A stretch of DNA of 32,000 nt from Trichodesmium erythraeum IMS101 (lineage in GTDB: Bacteria > Cyanobacteriota > Cyanobacteriia > Cyanobacteriales > Microcoleaceae): contig NC_008312.1 of the NCBI RefSeq assembly GCF_000014265.1, forward strand, positions 840,001-872,000, in the 5' to 3' direction. A model generated the notes under the pieces. It made no database searches and had not been told where the DNA came from. It saw only the letters and a list, made by a program, of their open reading frames with translations. Numbering within the stretch: position 1 is the first letter of the stretch; each line of letters starts with the position of its first letter. Below, in pieces: positions 9,080-18,850 of the stretch. Both the position numbers and the translations under genes were made by a program.

Positions 9080-10216
9080 ATGCCTTATCCCAAAAAATTA
9101 CCCAGTTCTATACGCTACTTCCGAGCCAGATTTAGTCATTTGACAAAGGTCTCAGTTTGGGGACCAATTGGTGTAGTTTCTCTAGTGCTCTTATTTGTTT
9201 GGGAATTATCAATGCATCCAGAATGGTTAACCCTTGAAAATGATGATAATTCAGTATCAAACGGCAATACAATCAGCGAAAATTTATCTGCTGAAGAAAT
9301 TTCTATTATAAGTGATATTGACAATTCATCAGTTTTAATTGAAGAGTTAAAAAGTAATAAAAAACTGCTAATTAATCCTATATTAAGTAATCAGAAAAAT
9401 TCATTATATCTACCCCAAAAATACAAGCAGAAAAATGTTATAAACCAAGAACGAGATTTAGTTGACTCTATGCCAGAAATTAATATTTACGAAGAAGGGA
9501 AAACTAAGAATTTTTATTCTATAAATCAACTACAAAATAGCAATTTATCTACTTCTCCTCTATTACGCAGTATGAATTTATTAGATCAAGCAAACCAGGA
9601 GGAAACTAGAGTTGAACCTGTCTATCCTCTAAAGAATGCTATGGATAATTATTTGAGTTCCAAAGGTAAATCTGAATCTCCCTCCAATTATAACTCTCAA
9701 AGCAGTAACTTTAACCTTTACCCAACTGAGATAAAGCCAAGAGATATTACATCTTCTCCTATCATTAATAGCTCAAAATCTAATCTTTCTAAATCTGAGG
9801 AAGGAAACAATTATAATCCGCCTTTACCTTCCATTAATGTGACTCCTCCAAAGCCTTACTATACTAACTTATCAGGAGTAAGGAACCAGACAAATAAGCC
9901 AACTAATTTACCAGGGTATAATTATTCTCTTGTAGGACCACCTACTGCTCCAAATCTGCCTCCATTAACTCCAGTAGTACCATTAGGATTAGCTAATAAT
10001 AAAAATGGGGTAGATGTAGTTAAGAATTTGGAATTTCCTGACTCTTATAATAATCAAGGATATCGGCAAAATCAGCCACAATATTACTATCAAGTGAATC
10101 CTAATCAGAATCAAAATGTACTAGCAACTCCTTCAAGTAATCCTTTTTCTAGTAGAAATAATAGTTTTTATAATTCTGGGTATAATCAACGTTGGAATAA
10201 TCCTTTTAGAGAATAG
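9080..10216 (+). CDS. membrane-anchored low-complexity (N/S/P/Q-rich) protein of unknown function
   Basis: 378-aa ORF. It has one N-terminal hydrophobic helix (VWGPIGVVSLVLLFVW). The remainder is compositionally biased, with no motif I recognise. Confidence 0.65.
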   Translation: MPYPKKLPSSIRYFRARFSHLTKVSVWGPIGVVSLVLLFVWELSMHPEWLTLENDDNSVSNGNTISENLSAEEISIISDIDNSSVLIEELKSNKKLLINPILSNQKNSLYLPQKYKQKNVINQERDLVDSMPEINIYEEGKTKNFYSINQLQNSNLSTSPLLRSMNLLDQANQEETRVEPVYPLKNAMDNYLSSKGKSESPSNYNSQSSNFNLYPTEIKPRDITSSPIINSSKSNLSKSEEGNNYNPPLPSINVTPPKPYYTNLSGVRNQTNKPTNLPGYNYSLVGPPTAPNLPPLTPVVPLGLANNKNGVDVVKNLEFPDSYNNQGYRQNQPQYYYQVNPNQNQNVLATPSSNPFSSRNNSFYNSGYNQRWNNPFRE

Positions 10217-10298
10217 GGTGATGGAGGGTAGGATAGGGAACAAGTAAAAAATATTTAATTTACTAATTACACCACATAAATCTAGAATCTGATGTAAT

Positions 10299-12104
10299 TC
10301 AAGTCTTATGTTTGTGATAATTTTTAGGATTATTAATACTCAATTTTATCAACTCATTTGTAATACATGATGTTGATAATAATGTTATTCGCTTACTGCT
10401 TAATACACTACAAATTTCCATGGTTGTTGATAATGCCGGGATCATATTTTGCTCCAGTTGATAAATAATTGAATCTGCTAAATTATACTGACGAATTAAC
10501 TGTTTATCAGCTACATATCTAGGATTATAAGCAGTTAGATCGAGCAACCAAAAATCAACCCCATAATTTTGAATAAAATTATTAACTTGTTCTGGGTTAG
10601 GAGTATATTGAGCCTGAATTAAATCAATGGCTCTTTGACTAAATTGATTATAATATCCTACGTGATAGGGTAAGCTATATTCTTGGGCTACTAAGGTCGA
10701 ACGTTGAGCAAAGGTAGGAATATTATTTGATTCCTTAGATATGGAAGCAATTAATGTATCTTTAGGTTGTACTAATAAGTATTCATATAATTCTTTTTCT
10801 TTGCCTTTAATGTAGGATTGATTATCTATTGTTAAGTCTGTGGAAAAAGGAATAATACTGAATAATACTAATAACAAAGTTGTACATCCGAGGTATATTC
10901 CCTGTAGACAAGTAAAACTATTTTTTATCTGATAAATAGTTGCCTTTAAATAACTATCTAACCAGATTATTAAGGCAATACCAGCAGTTATTGCCATCGT
11001 CACTCGTATACTATGGTAAATATATCTATTGGGAAAATGAAGCTGAAATAAAAAGATATGAGCTAGAAAAAATAATCCTACTGATGCTATGAAAATTTGA
11101 ACTAATATTCCTACTTTTTCCGAAACTTGTTTTCCTAGAGGAAATTTTTCTTTTTTAAGTAAAAAAGGTAATAGTAATGAAGCTATAGCCAGTGGTGAGA
11201 ATAATCCTACAAATAAGATACCACTCCTTGGTCCTGTGAGCCAAAAAACTAAGGGGTTATGATGAAAAAAGAATGCTCTGCCATATTTACTATCAGCATA
11301 ATTGAAAATAGGTTGTATTTTGGCTGCGGTAGTAGTAATAATTGGTCCGAATTCAGTAGCAGTTAATTTGTATGGTAAAAGTATTATGGCAGCAGTTATT
11401 ATTGCTCCTAACCAAAGTAAATAATTTAGTTTAATTGAGGTGAATTTTAACCGCTTTTGCTGATAGGAGAATAGTCTAATAGTTAGGATGCTTAGTGATA
11501 GTAAAACAGTCTGGGGATAAAAAATTGCTTGGAGAGCGATCGCTACTAAAACAGGAAATAAGGAACCTCGGAGTAAGTAATATAAAAATGCTAAAAAAAG
11601 TGGATAGAAAAATGCTCGGGGAGTAGCAGAAACTAAGTCATCTTCCATCCATAAACTTTGGTTTAAAATAAATGAGCTCAAAAATCCGACGGCGGGAATT
11701 GGCAGAATTTGTAAACTGATTCCAAAGCAGTAAATTGTAGAAATTAATCCCAGAAATATTGGTAATAATTTACCGAAAAAAATTGGGTCGATACCTAGAG
11801 ATGTTATTAACCAATAAAAAGTTTGATAACCCCAAGGTGCTACTGACTGAAAATAGTTAGCTATTAAGTCTTCGGGAAATAATTCTGTATCGAAAAAACG
11901 ACGCATCCAAAATATATGTTGTCGTGCATCATCTTGGATTATATATTTAGTTTCAAAAGCTGCTTTTAGATATTCAATACCATAAATTAATACAACTGCT
12001 ATGGTTAAACTTAACCAAAATATCCTGCTTCTATTTATTAAGTTTTTATGTAAGAATAATAAAAATCTAGTTATTTTTGATTTGGATATTAAAGTATTTG
12101 ACAT
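10299..12104 (-). CDS. polytopic integral membrane protein (possible GT-C-type glycosyltransferase; function uncertain)
   Basis: 601 aa. Roughly 12 hydrophobic segments occupy the first 430 aa or so. An acidic loop motif (DDARQH) follows the first TM segment. The C-terminal domain is soluble. The functional call is by architecture only. Confidence 0.8.
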   Translation of the reverse strand: MSNTLISKSKITRFLLFLHKNLINRSRIFWLSLTIAVVLIYGIEYLKAAFETKYIIQDDARQHIFWMRRFFDTELFPEDLIANYFQSVAPWGYQTFYWLITSLGIDPIFFGKLLPIFLGLISTIYCFGISLQILPIPAVGFLSSFILNQSLWMEDDLVSATPRAFFYPLFLAFLYYLLRGSLFPVLVAIALQAIFYPQTVLLSLSILTIRLFSYQQKRLKFTSIKLNYLLWLGAIITAAIILLPYKLTATEFGPIITTTAAKIQPIFNYADSKYGRAFFFHHNPLVFWLTGPRSGILFVGLFSPLAIASLLLPFLLKKEKFPLGKQVSEKVGILVQIFIASVGLFFLAHIFLFQLHFPNRYIYHSIRVTMAITAGIALIIWLDSYLKATIYQIKNSFTCLQGIYLGCTTLLLVLFSIIPFSTDLTIDNQSYIKGKEKELYEYLLVQPKDTLIASISKESNNIPTFAQRSTLVAQEYSLPYHVGYYNQFSQRAIDLIQAQYTPNPEQVNNFIQNYGVDFWLLDLTAYNPRYVADKQLIRQYNLADSIIYQLEQNMIPALSTTMEICSVLSSKRITLLSTSCITNELIKLSINNPKNYHKHKT

Positions 12105-12138
12105 CTTATAACAATTTGATAAATGTTTGTTATAAATA

Positions 12139-12166
12139 GTAGGGATATTGTATGCAACGTACCTAG
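12139..12166. repeat. 28-nt degenerate palindromic dispersed repeat (GTAGGGA..TGCAACGT.CCTAG)
   Basis: gtagggatattgtatgcaacgtacctag matches 31792-31819 at 24/28 positions. A split copy lies at 28019-28075. Confidence 0.65.
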
Positions 12167-12584
12167 GAATAAGGAAATAAAAAAGAAAGACTAATACCAG
12201 GAGGATAAGTTTTTGCTCAATTAAATTGAGGCTACCAATATGGAGTCAGAAGATAGTACTCAGGAGTGATAATTTTCAAATAGTTTAAAGATAATTATTA
12301 AGGTTTGAATAACCTTTTTTAATCAAAGGGAAATCTAATTAAATCTTTGTTGATTCCCCTGATTATTTATAACATTATTTTTTCATCCTTGGTGTAATTA
12401 CTGAAAAACCAATACAAATAAAATGGCATGTTACGAGATATTCTTGAATACCTTTGACAGCTGAAATTTTGCTAATCAATACGCACCCTGAAATAATAAA
12501 ACTCTTGAATTATCAAAATAATCAGGCTAATTTTTTTTAGATAATTGCTCAATATTACCATTATAAAAATAACTTCTCACTTGA

Positions 12585-13700
12585 TTAACGTGAGACCCTT
12601 GCCAATAAGAATACTGCTACTCCAAGACCTAGAAAATTTGGTAACCATCCAGCCAAAAAAGGAGTTAAAATTTCTTTTTGCCCCATTGCTCCTGTAATAA
12701 ATGAAAGTAAATAATAGGCAAAAATAATTATCACACTAATACCAAAGCTAGTACCTCGATTAGCCTTTCTTTGCGGTCTAATTCCTAAAGCTGCTCCTAC
12801 TAAACCCATTACTAAACATACAAATGGTAAAGCCAATTTTTGTTGAATTCTGACTTGGGTTTTAACAACTTTCCTATAATTCCCACTTAGTCGCATTAAT
12901 TCTAAATATTCATAAGATTGAGAAATATTCATTTGTTTGTAAGTACGTCTTTTACCGGCTAAATCTAAAGGGGCAGTAGAAAGCTTTAATTTTTTATGGT
13001 CAAATTTTACAATATTACGATATGAGCCATCTGGAGATACAAGATAAATTGTCCCATTAAATAAGTCCCAAATATTTTCTGCTGAATTCCAAGTTGCTGA
13101 CTCAGAGGACACTATTTGATCAACTCCATATTGGGAACGGTCTAGGATAGTTACCCCTTGCATATATTTACCATCAAATTTTTCGGCATAGAATAAACGG
13201 GTCAGTGTATCGTCTTGACTACCGTCTGGTTGCTTGACTTTACCAAATTCTGGATAGAAAATATTTTCTTCTTTGAAAGGAGGATTTTCTTGCTCTAGGG
13301 TTTTTTCTAAAATGAGAGATGCTTGATAGTTGGCACTGGGTACAATTATTTCATTTAGGGCAAAGCTCAAAGTAGTTACTGTCAGACTTAATATGATTGT
13401 AGGTATAATCATTCGATAGATACTAATGCCACAGCTACGGAGGGCAACTATCTCGCTATGGCCGGACATCTGACTGTAAACCATGAGGGTAGTAAGTATC
13501 ATTGCCATGGGGAATGCCAAACCAATAAATTCTGGCATTTTTAGGAGAAACACTTGAATGGCAATGGAAATAGGTAGTCCAGATTCTGTTACTTTTCGGA
13601 CTAACTCAAACATGGCCCCAACTGTTATGCCAAGAGATGAAAATAATCCTACACCAAAGAGGAATGGCCCAATTAATTCTGCGATGATGTAGCGATCCAT
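12585..13700 (-). CDS. LptF/LptG family permease (YjgP/YjgQ)
   Basis: MDRYIIAELIGPFLFGVGLFS is the N-terminus typical of this family. The layout is TM segments, then a periplasmic beta-jellyroll-like middle, then three C-terminal TM segments. The track ORF extends to 13763; I prefer the ATG at 13700 (MDRY). Confidence 0.88.
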   Translation of the reverse strand: MDRYIIAELIGPFLFGVGLFSSLGITVGAMFELVRKVTESGLPISIAIQVFLLKMPEFIGLAFPMAMILTTLMVYSQMSGHSEIVALRSCGISIYRMIIPTIILSLTVTTLSFALNEIIVPSANYQASLILEKTLEQENPPFKEENIFYPEFGKVKQPDGSQDDTLTRLFYAEKFDGKYMQGVTILDRSQYGVDQIVSSESATWNSAENIWDLFNGTIYLVSPDGSYRNIVKFDHKKLKLSTAPLDLAGKRRTYKQMNISQSYEYLELMRLSGNYRKVVKTQVRIQQKLALPFVCLVMGLVGAALGIRPQRKANRGTSFGISVIIIFAYYLLSFITGAMGQKEILTPFLAGWLPNFLGLGVAVFLLARVSR

Positions 13701-13945
13701 GACTGAAATTTTTGGTTCCAATCTTTGTAGGAAGAATAAAGACTTTGAGATGCTACGCTCCATATTATTTCAGGTTTAAGGTCAACTCTACAATAAAGAA
13801 ATTAAAAGCAAATAAGGCTTTTAATTCTGTCCTGATGAAACAGATGTTTAGGATATTATTTCAGGTTAACTTAATTAGGACTTACCACGGAAAATCCGGT
13901 TTTGTGGAACCACAAAAAAAAATAGCGTTGCACAATGACGAATGA

Positions 13946-14374
13946 TTAGGAGAATTGAGGAATTTGTTGATGTTTCAAATACAAATAATAGATCAACAAG
14001 TGAATTGATCTGTACAACATATTAATGGACTTGGAGTAGCACAAAGTTTTGTGATGTAACCTAGCTAGATAGTGTCTCAGACCGCAGTTTTCTCCAACTA
14101 CAATGGTCATTACTGTTTTGCTTACTAGGTGCTCCCAATCATCAATTAAGCAAGGATACACTTTGTAACTATCTGTAACAACCGAGAAAACAAGCCCAAC
14201 CGTGAATCATCTGCCATAATACTGTAAAGGTAGCGGCCCAGCGATCGCCTATCACAAACTTTAAAATTCCTGGCATTTTGCTTTTTAACACTGTCCAGAC
14301 CCAAATTTGGTTCTTTTTGAGCCGATAAAAGTTTGCAGTTCATCAATTTGAGCCGTCTCAGGATTTTCTAAGTT
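13946..14374 (-). pseudogene. IS1-family transposase, C-terminal (InsB-like) part, at least two frameshifts
   Basis: Pieced together across three frames: NLENPETAQIDELQTFIGSK / KNQIWVWTVLKS...IGDRWAATFTVLWQ / VVTDSYKVYPCLIDDWEHLVSKTVMTIVVGENCGLRHYLARLHHKTLCYSKS. Compare the E. coli IS1 InsB tail, [21 protein letters not shown]. Confidence 0.75.
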
Positions 14375-15519
14375 ATACTAATTTCATAAACTTAAGCTAC
14401 ACTTTTAGAAGTAACCTATTATAGAAAATGTCCCCATGTCAGGAGTAGTAAAAATTGAGATAAATGAATCGGTAGAAACTCTCAAAAAACTTTTAAAAAG
14501 TGCGAGTACAGCTCAAGAAAAGGAAAGACTTCAAACTATTTACTGGTTGAAAACTCAAACAGTAGAAACAGTAAAAGAAATTGCGATAATGTTAGGACGC
14601 AATCGAGTCACAGTACAAAAATGGTTAGGGAAATATCGTACAGGTGGACTGAATCTTTTACTAGAACCAAAGAAAAATCTAGGAGGGAGGCCAAGTTCAA
14701 TTCCACCAAATGTAATCGAGAAATTAGAAGCAGAATTGCAAAACCCGGAAGGTTTCCAAAGCTATGGTGAAATTCAACAGTGGTTAACGACTTGTTTTGA
14801 CATCGAGCTGTCTTATCGAACAGTTCATCAATTAGTCAGATATAAATTAAAAAGTAAATTAAAAGTTCCACGTCCAAATCACATAAAACAAAATAAAGAA
14901 GCTCAAGAAAACTTTAAAAAAAACTCTCATCTCAACTAGAAGAGAAAATTAAGTTAATTAATAAATATTCGGAAAATCAACTGCCAATTCGCTATTGGTG
15001 TCAAGACGAGACTAGAATTGGATTAAAAACTATAACAGGTAAAGTCATTACTGCTTGCGGTGTTAAGCCCATTGGTTTATATCAATGGCTATTTAAATAT
15101 CTATGGCTTTATGGTTTAGTAGAACCAAAAACAGGAGATTCCTTTTTTTATGAATTTAGTCATCTAGATACTCCTTGCTTTGAAAGATTTTTAGAGCTTT
15201 TTTCTCAAACATATCCTGAAGAGATTCATATTATTCAACTAGATAACGGGCGAGGGCATCTAGGGAATGATTTATCTATCCCTGATCACATCATTTTATT
15301 ATTTCAACCTCCTTATTGTCCCGAAGTTAATCCCATTGAAAGACTGTGGAAAGAGGTGAAAAAATTCTTGAAAAATCGAGTTTTCGATTCCTTAGATTTC
15401 TGACGCAGAATCCTGAGAAATATATTAACTGGATTTAGTCAAAAAGATATTGCTTCTTGTACAGGATATGATTTTATTCTTGAAGCATTATGTGTAGTCG
15501 GACTTTAGGAAATTGGTAT
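14375..15519 (+). mobile_element. IS630-family insertion sequence (1145 bp)
   Basis: 28-nt imperfect terminal inverted repeats, 21/28 identical: atactaatttcataaacttaagctacac at 14375-14402, versus the reverse complement of 15492-15519, ataccaatttcctaaagtccgactacac. A two-frame DDE transposase lies inside. Confidence 0.85.
14436..15403 (+). CDS. IS630-family transposase; requires a -1 frameshift at an A8 run; C-terminus cut short by a premature TGA
   Basis: ORF1 (14436-14939) is the HTH part. The -1 frame opens at 14918 inside tttaaaaaaaac and has no start codon. That frame encodes the DDE domain (WCQDETRIG ... QLDNGRGH ... PEVNPIERLW). TGA at 15401-15403 is followed in the same frame by 35 more transposase-like codons (RRILRNILTGFSQKDIASCTGYDFILEAL) running to TAG at 15506-15508. 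Confidence 0.85.
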
Positions 15520-15783
15520 TATGATCACTCTCTCTGTGCTGTGTGCAAGTCGTACCCAATTAAGGACCGTATTATGGGAAATACCAGTCACTCTCTCAAT
15601 GGCTCGGAGTCCCTAGGCATTAAGGGACATTTTTACACAAAGCTCTTTAACATCAGAACTATAACCCGCAGGACAGGGGCCATCTCGAAATTGACGGCCA
15701 CACTCACGGCAAAGATAACTCTGTTTTCCCTGACGATGACCATTTTTCACTACTTTATGGCTTTGACAATAAGTACAATCCAT
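15520..15783 (-). pseudogene. IS1-family transposase, N-terminal (InsA-like zinc-finger/HTH) part with an in-frame TAG
   Basis: Minus-strand translation from the ATG at 15783: MDCTYCQSHKVVKNGHRQGKQSYLCRECGRQF...LCVKMSLNA*GLRAIERVTGISHNTVLNWVRLAHSTERVII. It then runs into the IS630 end. Confidence 0.75.
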
Positions 15784-15940
15784 CTCTCAATAAAATTCTA
15801 GAATATCATTCTCTATTGTGCAATACCCTACTTTATGGTATAATCAAATGAAAAGAGCATAAGGTGTGAAATAATTTCCGGAAATCACTAGGCACCTCAA
15901 AGTTTTAAGGGTATAAAATCTTACTTTTAACTCGTTTAGA

Positions 15941-15958
15941 GGCGAATAGCCATTCGCC
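15941..15958 (-). terminator. GC-rich hairpin just downstream of clpB (weak terminator candidate, no U-tract)
   Basis: ggcgaat-agcc-attcgcc forms a 7-bp stem 14 nt after the clpB stop. No T-run follows on the minus strand. Confidence 0.3.
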
Positions 15959-15971
15959 CCTCCTGTTGACT

Positions 15972-18584
15972 TCATTTAGCTGTCACCAACTCCATAGGCA
16001 ACCGTTTCAACGAAAGTCGCTCATTTTCAATATCTACAAAAATAGTATCACCATCATTAAATTCACTACGCAAAATACTTTTAGCAATTTGCGTTTCCAA
16101 CTCTCGCTGAATTGCCCGCTTTAAAGGTCGAGCCCCATACACCGGATCATACCCAACATCTGCCAAAAAATTAATAGCAGCATCAGTAAGCTTCAATGAC
16201 ATCTTACGTTCAGCCAACCTTTTCTCTAAACGCACAACCTGCAACTGCACAATTTCTCGTAACTGCTCTTTCTGCAACCCATGAAAAATAATCGTCTCAT
16301 CAATACGGTTGAGAAATTCTGGGCGGAAAGCAGCACGCAACGCCTCCATTACCCGACCCTGCATTTGCTCATAATCATCAGTAACATCTAAAATATACTG
16401 AGAACCAATATTACTTGTCATAATAATCACACTATTCTTAAAATCAACCTTGTGACCTTGACTATCAGTAACCCGCCCATCATCCAAAATTTGCAGCATA
16501 ATATTAAACACATCCGGATGTGCTTTTTCAATTTCATCAAACAAAATCACCGTATATGGGCGACGGCGAATAGCTTCAGTTAACTGACCACCTTCATCAT
16601 AACCCACATATCCAGGAGGTGCCCCAATTAAACGAGACACAGAATGTTTCTCCATATACTCAGACATATCTATACGCACCATCGCATCTTCAGTGTCAAA
16701 TAAATATGCTGCCAATGCCTTTCCTAACTCTGTTTTACCCACACCAGTCGGACCCAGGAAAATAAAACTAGCAACTGGACGGTTCGGGTCAGCCAAACCT
16801 GCACGCGATCGCTGAATAGCATCAGAAACAGCACTCACAGCTTCATTCTGCCCAATAACTCGCTTATGCAACTCCCCTTCAAGATGTAGCAGTTTTTCTT
16901 TTTCTGACTCTACTAATTTACTGATAGGAATACCAGTCCACTTAGAAATAATCTCAGCAATATCAGCTTCTGTCACCTCTTCTCGTAACAAAGTCTGACC
17001 ACTAGTTTGAGTTGTTGCCAGTTTAGCCTCTGCTTCCTCCACCTGTTTCTGTAAATTAATCAGTCTACCATATTTCAACTCAGCAGCACGGTTAAGGTCA
17101 TAATTTCGTTCTGCTTGCTGAATCTCAATATTAACTTTATCAATTTCTTCCTTGACAGTCTGAATTGTACTAATGATACCTTTTTCTGATTCCCACTGAG
17201 CATTAAGAGCCCGTTGCCCCTCTTTTAAATTTGCTAAATCTTTTTCTAGCCTTCCTAACCTTTCTTTAGAAGCAGTATCACTTTCCTTTTGCAAAGATAA
17301 CTTCTCCATTTCTAGTTGGAGAATTTTGCGGTCAATTTCATCAAGTTCCTCAGGTTTAGAAGTGATTTCCATTTTAAGTTTAGCAGCAGCTTCATCCACC
17401 AAGTCGATGGCCTTATCTGGGAGGAAGCGATCGCTAATATATCTAGTAGATAAAGTAGCAGCAGCAACTAAAGAACTATCAGAAATTTTTACACCATGAT
17501 GTACCTCATAGCGTTCTTTGAGACCCCGTAAAATTGATATTGCATCTTCCACACTAGGTTGATCGACATAAACTTGTTGGAAACGACGTTCTAAGGCAGC
17601 ATCTTTTTCAATGTATTTACGATACTCATCAAGAGTCGTCGCCCCAATACACCTTAGTTCCCCCCTAGCTAACATAGGTTTCAGCAAGTTACCTGCATCC
17701 ATTGCCCCTTGGGTTGCACCTGCTCCAACAACAGTATGAATTTCATCTATAAATAAGATAATTTTGCCCTCTGAGTCAGTAACTTCTTTGAGAACAGCTT
17801 TCAGACGTTCTTCAAATTCACCCCTAAATTTAGCACCCGCAATTAAGGCACCCATATCTAGAGCGATAAGTTTACGGTCTTTTAGAGACTGAGGAACATC
17901 AAGAGTGATGATCCTTTGTGCTAGACCTTCAGCTATCGCAGTTTTCCCGACTCCAGGTTCACCTATTAAAACTGGGTTATTTTTAGTACGACGACTGAGT
18001 ATTTGAATAGTACGTCGAATTTCGTCGTCACGCCCAATAACTGGGTCAAGTTTACCTTCACGAGCAAATTCTGTCAGGTCGCGACCGTATTTTTCCAGAG
18101 CTTCATATTTGCCTTCAGGATTTTTGTCTGTTACTTTTTGCTTACCTCTAACTTGGGAAATTGTTTTTTTGAGCTTTACTTCATCCAATTTGAATTCTTT
18201 ATAGAGATTTTTGCCAAAGTGATCGTCTTTCAGGTAAGCGAGTATCAGATGTTCAATAGATATATATTCATCTTTGTATTCCTGGCGATATTTTTCGGCA
18301 TTATCTAATAAGGCATCTAGACTACGACCTAAGTAAATATTATTGGGTATATTTTTGACTTTGGGTTGACGCTTAATAAATGAATCTGTGTATTCTTGTA
18401 TTTTGGTAGTTGAAACACCTACTTTGCTAAATAGACTAGCTACCAGTCCATTTTGTTCTAACAAAGCTTTCATTAGGTGTTCAGCTTCAATTTGTTGATT
18501 TTGAGAAGTTTTAGCAATGTCAGGGGTACGGGATATTGCCTCCCAAGCTTTTTCTGTAAATTGGTTAGGATTATTTGGCTGCAT
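15972..18584 (-). CDS. clpB: ATP-dependent chaperone ClpB
   Basis: 870 aa with an N-terminal Clp repeat domain. There are two AAA+ modules with Walker A motifs GEPGVGKT and GPTGVGKT. A long coiled-coil middle domain separates them, and the ARPLKR motif is near the C-terminus. Confidence 0.97.
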   Translation of the reverse strand: MQPNNPNQFTEKAWEAISRTPDIAKTSQNQQIEAEHLMKALLEQNGLVASLFSKVGVSTTKIQEYTDSFIKRQPKVKNIPNNIYLGRSLDALLDNAEKYRQEYKDEYISIEHLILAYLKDDHFGKNLYKEFKLDEVKLKKTISQVRGKQKVTDKNPEGKYEALEKYGRDLTEFAREGKLDPVIGRDDEIRRTIQILSRRTKNNPVLIGEPGVGKTAIAEGLAQRIITLDVPQSLKDRKLIALDMGALIAGAKFRGEFEERLKAVLKEVTDSEGKIILFIDEIHTVVGAGATQGAMDAGNLLKPMLARGELRCIGATTLDEYRKYIEKDAALERRFQQVYVDQPSVEDAISILRGLKERYEVHHGVKISDSSLVAAATLSTRYISDRFLPDKAIDLVDEAAAKLKMEITSKPEELDEIDRKILQLEMEKLSLQKESDTASKERLGRLEKDLANLKEGQRALNAQWESEKGIISTIQTVKEEIDKVNIEIQQAERNYDLNRAAELKYGRLINLQKQVEEAEAKLATTQTSGQTLLREEVTEADIAEIISKWTGIPISKLVESEKEKLLHLEGELHKRVIGQNEAVSAVSDAIQRSRAGLADPNRPVASFIFLGPTGVGKTELGKALAAYLFDTEDAMVRIDMSEYMEKHSVSRLIGAPPGYVGYDEGGQLTEAIRRRPYTVILFDEIEKAHPDVFNIMLQILDDGRVTDSQGHKVDFKNSVIIMTSNIGSQYILDVTDDYEQMQGRVMEALRAAFRPEFLNRIDETIIFHGLQKEQLREIVQLQVVRLEKRLAERKMSLKLTDAAINFLADVGYDPVYGARPLKRAIQRELETQIAKSILRSEFNDGDTIFVDIENERLSLKRLPMELVTAK

Positions 18585-18850
18585 AATTTTTTTTATTTTT
18601 TGCCTATACGTTATATTTTTATTTGATTTTAACTTGTAGTTATGAATAAATTTTAGTAGAAAAAACCGTTTTTTCTTATTGGGTATTTACTATTGAGTAT
18701 AACTTTCATAAAATTTAGTTAATTTTATTTTTATCTAATCAAGTACTGGTCATTTTAGTTAACTCTAAATGAAGCTTGAGGTTTTAAATATGTACGGATA
18801 ATATTTTTTTATCCTCTTGAATAGAGTTGCTTTAAACCTGATTTTTTTAG

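Larger units (their letters stand above)
13928..15823 (-). mobile_element. degraded IS1-family element (about 751 bp of its own sequence) interrupted by an IS630-family insertion
   Basis: Terminal inverted repeats: ttgcacaatgacgaatgat (13928-13946) versus the reverse complement of 15805-15823 (ttgcacaatagagaatgat), 16/19 identical. InsA-like and InsB-like coding remnants lie on either side of the IS630 element. Confidence 0.75.

Noticed and set aside
9136-9324. 62-aa ORF antisense to the 378-aa CDS
   Set aside because: It lies fully inside a longer ORF on the opposite strand and has no features of its own.
12575-12595. Hairpin tctcac-ttgattaac-gtgaga as terminator of the lptF/G-family gene
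   Set aside because: It spans the stop codon itself. The stem is only 6 bp and the following T-rich stretch is interrupted. Too weak to call.
13712-13945. 77-aa plus-strand ORF between the lptF/G-family gene and the IS1 end
   Set aside because: It overlaps the permease start region on the opposite strand and runs into the IS1 inverted repeat. No motif is present.
15490-15801. 103-aa plus-strand ORF
   Set aside because: It is the antisense shadow of the InsA-like zinc-finger/HTH remnant, which reads clearly on the minus strand.
18003-18308. 101-aa ORF antisense within clpB (and similarly 19569-19808 within the kinase gene)
   Set aside because: These are embedded antisense to genes with unambiguous conserved motifs. 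They are F/I-rich shadow ORFs typical of AT-rich sequence.
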